Assembly: GCA_040954595.2 (NCBI GenBank)
Contig: CM082595.2
Coordinates: 6,624,193 to 6,688,192, forward strand
DNA length: 64,000 bases
Direction: 5' to 3'
Origin: Balanoglossus misakiensis
Taxonomy: Eukaryota > Animalia > Hemichordata
Below the pieces are notes generated by a model that saw only the letters and a list, made by a program, of their open reading frames with translations, had not been told where the DNA came from and did no database searches. Numbering within the stretch: position 1 is the first letter of the stretch; every line of letters starts with the position of its first letter. This document shows, in pieces, positions 54,225 through 64,000 of the stretch. Both the position numbers and the translations under genes were made by a program.

Positions 54225-57200
54225 ATGTACTTATATACTTAATTTCTGACTGGCGACGTCGTATGCAGTTTGGTCGACTCTATCACGCGATAATGATACT
54301 CAATTTTGTGATGGCTTTGAATGATAATTATATGCATGATTATAGTAGTCATGAGAGAGAGTGAGAGAGAGAGTAAAAAAGAGAGGGGAGAGAGACAGAG
54401 AGACAGACAGAGGAGAGAGACAGACAGACAGAGAAAGAAAGAATAACGAACTTTGACATATACGGCATATTTTATTAGCTTATAACAAATTATCATGGAG
54501 TCAAAGAAAGACAGCGATTAACTTCTTTCTCCTAAAGCTGAAATTTGATTTCACTCATTTGTCGGGAATGGATCGCTCTATTACCACAGAAATCACGTTT
54601 ATGACACATTCTGTAGATAAAGCCAAAGATTGAGAGGCAAGCTTGGTCCATCCCTGTCATTAATCGCATAAATAAAACGCTACATAACCTTGTCTTCTCA
54701 TAAATACAAACTGAGAGAAAAATGGCTCAGATATGACAAGCCGTTTGATTTGTAGGTTAACTGCCGTGTGCAGTGTAACTGGGTAGAAGTTTATACCCGA
54801 TAGTTTGGACTTTATAAGTCCACCACGTCAAACTGAACAAAACGATTAGTTGTGATCGCACCGTTCATGGAAGGGGCGAGAGAGAATGAGAAGGAGATAG
54901 AGAGAAGGGGGGAGAGGGGAAATTGGAGGGAAAGGGAGGAAGTGAAAAAGAGAGAGAAGAAGAGAGAGATTGTATAAACACAGATGGCACCATTAATATC
55001 TAGCGTTATCTTACAATTGAATTTTGCCCTTTTGTGTGTATTGGTCGCATGTGTGGCCACTAGGAGAAATTTCAACATGTCTTATCACAAACAAGTTAAA
55101 TATTCCACCGATTCAGTATAATACGAAGCATCTGTCGAATATCTCCGAAGTGTTGATGCCAAAGGCAGTCAATTTAGCACTGAGAAGATAAACTAGTCGA
55201 AACTGGTACTCATTCAAAGCCAGATGACGAGCACCGAACACCCTTAAAATACGTATACATGTATGTTAGTCGTTGTTAGACGATATTTTGTTTCATCTAC
55301 GAGGTATCCTTACATTGCTCATACACTCGCGGAGGGGTAACATTTCATCTTATCGAGAACTGGGGACATTTCTCGTCAAATACGGAACCCCTGCCCTCTG
55401 GAGAAGGCCTCTGGTTTTCTGCCAGAAGACAGAAAGCGTCTGTTAAGACACCGAGTGACACAAAGATTATATCAACACGCGGAATATTTGGCAAAGCATC
55501 CGGGTGATGCGAAATGTCAAACTGCCTTCGTCGGAATCTCTTTTATAACAATAACTACGGCGTTGAGATCAAAACAGAGCTTGAAATAATTAGCTCTTCA
55601 AAGAGTGATCCCCACTCTATCAAAGTAACACGACACTGTAGTCCGAAATAACGTTTAACATTTCGATAATAGAAATAAACATGGTCGATCACGGTATGCA
55701 TTTAAAGGGCGACGGTCGTCTTTATGCGCATGTGCCAAACCAGAGACTTGGGTTACAAAACCTGTATACCGTCAATGCCATAAGGCAGTGTGCTGTCGGT
55801 CCCAGCAACAGACAAGATGGTGGCGACCATATAATCCGCGATTGTGATAAGTTTAAATGTATTAAAATTACTATGTGTATGCTATGTCTCTCACTCGACA
55901 TTCCGGATTCGCTAATCACTTATACTCGCTGAAACATCTATGGAGCATTTTGGTATATACACTACAATGACGCTAAGAAAAACTGACGGACGACGATTCT
56001 GTCAAGTGTTCTTGGACGTTGGACCGTATAGGCAACGTGTGGCAGCGCGGGCCATGTTGGCAGTCTCTCGAGATATTAATAAAACTCGTTTTCAATTTAC
56101 GCCTCAATTTGAAACATTATTAATGGACCCACATATCGATTCTGACGTTAATGCGAGTAGCTTTCCTGTGAGTGAGCATGTCCAGAAATGAGATCATTTA
56201 CGCGCCGAGCTGGGCATTCAATCACATTTCATTGGTGTAAAGTTACACTTGTATTGGGAATATTCGGTAACACTACCAGTAAGACGATTGAAGAAAAATT
56301 ATTGTAATTCCCGGCTTGACGACAGATATATCCCGCGTCTGTTTGGGAAAATAATACTTAATCATACTTGTGATATGCAACGTTTACTGGTATCGAATCG
56401 TGTTATATGAAGTAGGTCAGGTCAACGTGACAACGATTGTCCGGTCATTTTTTTCTTTCTCAAGAACGTTTGTTTTTTTTTGCATTCAAGTCTCATTTTA
56501 ATCAGAAAAGTGAAACACCTCCAAATCACAATTAGAGACAAGATGAATGTTTTAAAGATGCCGATTGTCTCGTTTCAGATTTAATACAAACAAAGGGAGG
56601 ATAATTTTTAAATTTAGTGAATGTTTCACGAATTTTCGACATTAATTCAGTGGGAAGTTATAATTTATATGAAATAAGGAGTTCGTTGCTACGTCATTTT
56701 CCCATCTCGCTACGTATTATCCATATCACACGTAGCCTAATACCCATACCACACGGGTTCATTTAATAAATAACGCGACAGAGCTTTCGCATATAAGTGC
56801 TCAAATCAAAGTGGCCACGTTCGTGTGTCGCAAATGTCTACACACAAGTATTGGCAAAACGGTGTGAAATATTGCATACACGGGCCGATTGTTTTATTAT
56901 TTTGCTGTTGGTAACGCTTACTTATCGCCCGTACAATGGCACCTATCAAGTACGAGTTCGAGGAGCGAGAAAGCCTGGCGTGTTTTATGTCTTTATTGCT
57001 TTAAAACAAACACCGTGCCAACGTGAGTTATTGTCTTTTATTGTTTATTTGATGTTTATCGGCCAATTTCGTGTGAAGGCAATCCTTCAGAGTGCTATAC
57101 ACGACATGCTTGCCCCAAATTCAAACCCCACAACGAAATGTCATCTATTCTATACACCAGAACTCGCCACTTTACTGGGGAAAGCAGTGGTCATAAAACA

Positions 57201-58530
57201 ATATTGGACTTTTTGTAAAGGCAGTTTCAAGATCTTGAGCAACATCAAAGGTACGATCACCAAACTTGATAAAAACAAAGTTATGTCATGTGATGATTAT
57301 GACTGTAAAATTAACATCTCGTTTAAACTTTACGATTCGCGGTTCAAGGTCGAAAAAAGTTCCATCGAAAACAACAGCGATGTTGCATTGTTGCTTTTGT
57401 GTTTGTACAGTGGACGTGCATGCCAAAACAAACAACAGCAGCGATAACCAAGGCAAAGGAAAATAAATTAACACACGAGCCAAACATCGCCATGGAAACC
57501 CCAACTTTGGGCCTGGTGGCCTAATATTTTATAAATGCTGGTGTAGTAGAAAGGTTCGCCAACGTTTGAATTGGACTAGGAGGGAAAAGCCATGTGTTTA
57601 AAAGACGATGGCTCGAAGTGAATTTGAATGTTTAAACGTCGATCTTTACACGCATTCAATGAAGATTGACAGAGGCCAACTCAAAAACAATACATGTGTT
57701 TTTCACGTGAACACTAGAATTGCTTTTGATGTATTAAATTTTAGATAGCCACAACGCTAGTTAACGTGATGTAAAACTACCGAGTTATTTTTATCAGCAA
57801 TACAGGGCATTCGATGATCCACATGCACTATATCTAAGTCCAAATGTTCAGACTCCCGGCTTTCGAAAATTGTTAACTTTGATGGGTTTCGACTTTGTAC
57901 TTGATGGGAATTAAGCCTTGGGATAAAAAGTTTGTCGAAGTTTGGGATGAGGGCGCTCGTTCACAGGTTTTGTATGGGGAGTATGATATGTTATAAATCT
58001 ATCAGTACACATGTACTTGTGTGTGGGGATGTGTAAAAGAGAGAGAGGGGGAGGGGGAGGGGGAGAGACGATTTCTGATATAAGGTCAGGCTGACACAAC
58101 ATATTTGATAGCAATATGCAGATATGATTAAGTCAAGGAAAAGACAGCTATAAACTTCAGACTCTTAAAGCTGAGATTTCATGTCAGCAATTGGCCGGAA
58201 ATAGATCGCTATGTTGTCTAGAAATCACGTTTGTGACACATTCCAGTACTTAAAGACAATATCAGCGCATTTCCCTACGTACAACAGTCATCGCGAGGAC
58301 ATGTGACTATTAACGAGAATGCGGTACGAAAATCTCCCCACAACAGAGAACGATCACGCATTTATGTGCGAGATATTTCAATAGACGGCGAGAACTGCAA
58401 CGCTTTATTGTTATGCCTTTATGCTTAGAAGATCACTCAGCCAACCAACCAACCAACCGACCAAACAAACCAATCGAGGCGTCACCTGTCATTTTATTCT
58501 TTTTCTTCGCAGTGACAGAAGATTTGCAAC

Positions 58531-61500
58531 ATGTCGGCCAGTTTCCACAGTAAAACCGAACTGTACGAGTTGGACAGTTCCGAATCCAGCGCGAAACGTT
58601 CGGGAAAAGTCCGATTACTGACGATCATATCCGTCGTTCTCTTCTTCGCTTGCGTGGGACTAGCAGCGGCACTCAGTAAGTCTTATAGGAATTTTAAACG
58701 TGTAGTAAAAATATCAACATTACATTTGGGGGGGGGGGGGCAATTATTGTCATTGGTCAATCAAAAATCTACTTTTCTGAAACTGTCTATTCAATTGAAA
58801 CTTTGGTTTGTAAGGTCCTAGGAATGTTCCCTACCAGACATTTATGTTATCAGCATTCTTGTGGCGAGATTGAAAATCTCAAGTTGATGAGAATGAGACC
58901 ACATAACTGATTAAGTATATGGTACACTTGAATGTGCACATTTTGATTAAGTTGGAGCACAGTGTCCTTGCCGCTATTTTTAGTACGTGTACGTGTAAAC
59001 ACTCAGTTTGTCACGATGTTGTATCTTGCAGTTGTCATCATTTTGGAAAACGACACGAATTCGAGTCCTGTAAATGGCGACGATGAAAAATATTGTCTGA
59101 CATCTCACTGCGCCATGATGGGTAAGATATGACACTAAAGTTAAAGCTTATTATACAGTAACCCGCTTGAAAGTTGCTTATAAACATCTTATATATCTTA
59201 GCTCTTCACATCATCATCATCATCATCATCGTCATCATCATCGACCATCACCACCACCACCACCACCACCACCACAACAACAACAACAACAACCACCACC
59301 ACCACCACCACCACCACCTCCACAACCACCACTACCTGCAGCATCAAAATCAACAAACCTTATTGGCCTCATTAATGCTTACATACATTTTCAGAAGGCC
59401 CTGTATGCTACGAATGCATTATCTAGCTAACTGTACGTACTCATACTGAGTTATACAAGGCGCGGCAAAACCAATTGTGTGGTTCCGATAGCGTATTTTT
59501 TTTTCTCCAAAAAATGGGTATGTAGGTCAGTAAAAGCATTTTCTATGTCACTTTAATTTGCCATATATTTTTGTGGCTCCGGGGTCGACAGAGAAATGTT
59601 AGGATGGATCAGGTTATCGGAACCACACAATGTTTTACTACGCCTTGTAGGTAATATCGACAACATATTTGTGTAATATAAAACTACTACACGTCGTCTA
59701 ACAGAGAGCTTATTAATCTTGCTAATATTAAACCTTAGTATCATAGAAAGCTTACTAAACCCTCACTCGAAGCAGAATCTGTATGCATATTAAGAACCTG
59801 CGCGTCTAACATAACGGCTGTGCCCTCCCCCCCCCCCCCCGCTAAACTGCAAATTAATGTATGATTATTATTGGCATGAGCTTTTGGATTTCAAAAAATT
59901 AAATTTGACGAGTAATTTACTAACAAAATTTAACAAAATCTGGTAACGCATAACTACTGGGGAATTTATCTGAAACCTAAAATCTAACCAACTAACAGAG
60001 TTACTTGCAATGACTAAAATCCGTTCAAAACGAATCTCCCTGTGTCAAAAACTTCCCATGTCCCGACTACGTGTACAGCCGGTGCCATGGCTCAGCGTAT
60101 GAACCCGGATGTCGACCCCTGCGAAGACTTCATAGAGTTTTCATGCGGAAGATGGGTGAAACGGACTGTCATACCCGAAGACAGATCCTCGTTCACGACA
60201 TTTAGCGAGTTGAGGAACGATCTTGACATTATGTTGAAAGGTAGGAGTACCCTCGTTCGCGAGGTTTTTGTTTTGGTTCACACTCAATTTCTGACTCCAT
60301 CACCACACACACAGCTGGCGACATGGCGGAACGGATGAATTTCGAAGCTGACCCGTGCCAGGACTTCTACGAATACTCTTGTGGTGCATGGCTTAAGAAA
60401 ACCGTCATTCCGGAAGACCGCTCAAGTTTTGACACGTTTTCTACCCTCAGAGATGACGTAGATATAAAACTGAAAGGTATTAAGTGGTTGCAATGAAAGA
60501 AGTCGTGCACACGTGTTACATGTACAGTGTCGTTGGTGTGGTATTTTCAATTAATACTATCGGTTTTCTTTTCAGCCCTATGCTCCTCTTTTCCTCGGTG
60601 TTAATTTGCACACATTTACAAGTTTGCACTGTTTTAAGAATCTAAAAAGCAACCGGTTATCAAGGTCTAATATCTGGAATAAATTTATTACGCAATTTTT
60701 TTTTCTATAATGTGGTTTTGTCATGTGTTGTTCTAAAGATTATTTGCGATTATTTTGTCTAGAGCGGTATTTATAAATGAAACTGACGTCACCAGCACAG
60801 ACTAAATTTTTTGTTGTTGGATAGCGACACTTTTCTTCGCCAGCACCTCTGCGAACGAAGGCCTGACATTTGACAGTCGAGAATACATGAATTTGTCTGT
60901 CTGAAGTAAACAACAATTAGCTGTGATGATTCTAACATTTTGTCGCCTGTTTTGACTGCAGATCTGGTCGAACAACCAATCCAAGATGGCGACCTCGATC
61001 CCGTCAAGAACGTTAAGAAAAATTATGTTGCCTGTTCTGATATCGGTAAGACTGCTGAACCATTATAGACCATTATGACCTACAGACATACTACATCTAT
61101 GACATCACGTTTTGAGAATATGATCTCCAATTTTTCCAACCTATCAAAATCCAAGATGGCGGCCAAATATCCATGGTTTAACTTTCTTGTCATTTCAAAA
61201 AAGGAACTGATTTGTACAAAATAGTGTTTTGTCTTTGCCTCCATCAAGTTCTGATTCCAATATTATTAGCAATCAATCATTGCCATAGATTCTTGCATAA
61301 TTTCACTGCTTTGTTAAAAAAAATCTTTCGCCACCAACAGGTATGTTACACTGACAAATATCTCCAGGAGCAAAATTATTCTCCATGACACAATTGTTTC
61401 AAATTCTAAAACTGTGATATTACACGTCCATCCCAAACAGAGACCATAGAAAACCGGGGAGCTGCACCGTTGGTGGCGCTGATGGGTGATATCGGTGGCT

Positions 61501-63068
61501 GGCCGGTGCTTGGCAACAATTCTGGCGGGAATTGGGACGAGAGCGCCTTCGTTCTTGAAGACCAGTTGGCGTTGTTAAGGGGCAAATATGGAAACAGTAT
61601 GATATACTACGGCTATGTCGGCATTGACAATAAGGATTCTACGAGATATATACTGAAGGTACGCCAGCAAGAGTTTGCAGCTCTACACATTCAGTCAAAC
61701 TGAAAACCAATTATTGGTTGCTGATGTGAAATTTAAAATTATGACAAAAATTCGCTACAGTCAAAGGTGATGACGTAGCGCTGGGAATTATCTATGTTCT
61801 CTGAACGCTAAGACTTTATGTGACCAAAATCAAACAAGAATCCACGGTACATGTTATAAAATGAAATATTTCGAATGCCTGATGGATATATATTGTCTTG
61901 ATCAACATTTGATTTACTGTACAGAGTGCCTTAAAATTAAAAGTATGGTGGCTCAGAAAAAAAACCTAGTTAAATTCCGTGTTTTTGCTTTGCTTTGTCT
62001 TCAGTTGGATCAACCTAGCCTTGGACTTCCCAGCAGGAATTACTATTTGGAGGACGGACGAGACAACAAGGTAAGGTTTAGATGTGGCGGGTGTTTCTTT
62101 TTCTACCCAGAATGCTCTGATGTGGGACACGTCATTGCCCAGCGTAAGTTCAGCGCGCGCATGCACAATAAAACGCATGATATAAATGTGCTCACAAATG
62201 TCTCGTGCAATTCACAGACGAGGAGTCTTTCTCCTTGTCTGTGGACAATTCGAATTTCTCTCTCCCCAAGTTAGGGCAGTGAGGGCGTTAGATACAGACA
62301 GTGAATATACTGGCTATGCATATTCATGACACATGTATCTCTTGCGTTATGAATATGTAGAGTACCACCTTGTTCTAATGAATATTAAACTGTAATCATG
62401 CCACACGAGGGCGATGTCTGCTCACCTTTTTTGGTGGAACGGTCTTCAACAAATCCGAAGGCAGTTTCTTCCCACATAGAGTCATGTAACTGTTCCCGGA
62501 GACCTTCCGCAACAATTATGAATCCCCGTCAGCCTCTTCTTGTTTTCCTGCTTCACTTCTTGGGCAATCACTGCGTCGTAGGCCTCCGGTCGCAAAACAA
62601 CGCCTGCGTCTCGTACTCCACGATATGGCGCAAACTAATGCAAAATAAGCACCTGTTAAAGGCGTCCCTAACCCTCTGATTATCGGCGACCCCAATGCAT
62701 TGTGTGCTTCCTGCTTGGCCAGTTTTTTTGCGTTACGCTATTTACAAACCAAAAGAAGATTGACGGAATGAGAAACTGCCAATAAAAGACAGAAATTGCC
62801 ATACACCCCCTGCTAACACATATTTTCAAAGCTGTCAGCGTCTTTTAGTACATTACATTGTCGACGATGTCGTGTTATTTTGTACAACGGGCTCATACGT
62901 ACTTTCATTTGCAAATTCACTGTTTGTCCATTCTTTTTCAGTATCTCACAGCTTATTTCGATTACATGAAAACGATTGCTGTGATGTTAGGGGCGGACGA
63001 TGCAGAGGCTGAAAATGACTTCAATGATCTGATCGATTTTGAAATTCAACTTGCAAATGTAAGTCTAC

Positions 63069-63101
<33 letters not shown>

Positions 63102-63842
63102 ATGTATGTATGTATGTATGCGTATCAAAGCAGAGGGTTCTAAGTTCGTGACAAAAAAAAATCAATGAGCGGCGAGCATGTGGAAAAAGGGGATCTTTAC
63201 CGCCGTAATTTAACATTTTCTCCCTCTTCATTGTTGATATATTCCAGTTAACAACTCCATCCGATCAACGCCGTGACAACAACGCTCTGTACAACAAAAT
63301 GACAATTGCTCAGCTCCAATATAACGTGACAGATGTAAGTATTCATCCGCACAATGTAATTGTAGTTGCGGAGGTGCCGAAGCACTCCGTTGAATTTGAA
63401 ATTTGACCGGGAATGCAGCCCGTATTTGCCCGGATTGAAGTGGGTATTTTGGCCTGACAATATTCAGAACATAATTAGCATTATTAACACGATACTCAAT
63501 GCAAAGCCAGTCTGTTGTGAAAGCCAACTAAAACACAAGTTGTACTCGCTAACCGAAACGCATATGTACTTACGGAAACTTTACTTCCTCTTCTCTTGTG
63601 ACGCTTTACCACGAGATGCTCAATGTTGTCTTCCTTCAGCTGATTGTCTACTTCCAGAGCTCTGCGACTGCTTTATAACAGACGGCAATTTTTGTTCATT
63701 TCCCATAGTTCAACTGGCTGCACTACTTCCGACAGTTCGGAGCAAGCTGGAGCGCAGGTCTCGAGGAAGACGAAGAGATAGTTGTCTATGAACCCCGATA
63801 CGTGCGAGAAGTCACTGATTTAGTAAACAGCACCCCCAACAG
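58531..63842 (+). CDS. M13 family zinc metallopeptidase (neprilysin-like), gene 2, 5' part only (continues past window end)
   Basis: Exons: 58531(ATG; in-frame TGA at 58513)-58675 (TM), 59032-59121 (YCLTSHC), 60079-60240 and/or 60315-60476, 60962-61045, 61441-61658, 62005-62070, 62942-63058, 63248-63334, 63709-63842. Motifs: DPCxDFxExSCG, IGGWP, DQPSLGLPSRNYY, FNWLHYF. Exon sizes 162/84/218/66/87/134 equal those of gene 1. Confidence 0.95.
59208..59345. repeat. Compound (CAT)/(CAC)/(CAA) microsatellite in an intron of gene 2
   Basis: Seen directly; explains the poly-H/P/Q ORFs. Confidence 0.95.
59456..59647. mobile_element. MITE with ~35-bp imperfect TIRs in an intron of gene 2
   Basis: TA|CAAGGCGCGGCAAAACCAATTGTGTGGTTCCGATA...TATCGGAACCACACAATGTTTTACTACGCCTTG|TA. 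Confidence 0.75.
60079..60240 (+). CDS. Gene 2 duplicated exon, copy A
   Basis: 162 nt, phase 1-1, CAG|...|GTAGG; AGAMAQRMNPDVDPCEDFIEFSCGRWVKRTVIPEDRSSFTTFSELRNDLDIMLK. Confidence 0.9.
60315..60476 (+). CDS. Gene 2 duplicated exon, copy B (absent from the ORF track)
   Basis: 162 nt, phase 1-1, CAG|...|GTATT; [54 protein letters not shown]. Confidence 0.9.
63069..63120. repeat. (TCTG)n(TATG)n microsatellite
   Basis: Seen directly; a similar (TATG)n lies at 34837-34885. Confidence 0.9.
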
Positions 63843-64000
63843 GTACGTTGGGAAATTCAGAACTCTTGCCATTCGATACAGTTCGGTGGCACTTCGGGAA
63901 TGTCCGGGAACTCGAGGCCCCCCAGCACCTCGTTATCAGGAGTGGTCGTCAACCCCAGAACAAATACATAGTTGACGAACATGTTCGGCTGAGACCTAAC

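Noticed and set aside
56797-57447. Longest unexplained ORF (216 aa), and the 160-aa ORF at 52462
   Set aside because: No recognisable domain or splice context; the 216-aa ORF starts at GTG; probably chance ORFs in intron or intergenic DNA.
59167-59449. Poly-His/Pro/Gln ORFs
   Set aside because: Intronic trinucleotide microsatellite between two well-defined exons.

Overview
Eukaryotic (invertebrate animal-type) genomic DNA with three parts. (1) Bases 1-16890 are the end of a very homogeneous 88-bp satellite array (~190 monomers). It has an internal higher-order-repeat zone and a diverged border subfamily, and each monomer is an imperfect 44+44 inverted repeat. (2) Bases ~16900-24000 are a transition zone with an A/C-rich minisatellite, several MITEs, a 5'-truncated LINE with a target-site duplication, and a detached, more palindromic 3-monomer relic of the satellite. 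(3) Bases 24500-64000 hold two tandem, same-strand, intron-rich M13 (neprilysin/ECE-family) zinc metallopeptidase genes with matching intron positions. Gene 1 is complete (22 coding exons, ~818 aa, HELTH/ENIAD/CEIW, one GC-AG intron). Gene 2 runs off the window end and carries a tandem pair of 162-nt homologous exons 74 nt apart, a candidate mutually exclusive exon pair covering a substrate-binding segment. The strongest leads are that exon pair and the apparent arm swap and centre inversions in the palindromic satellite. Exon boundaries were read by hand, with no database searches.
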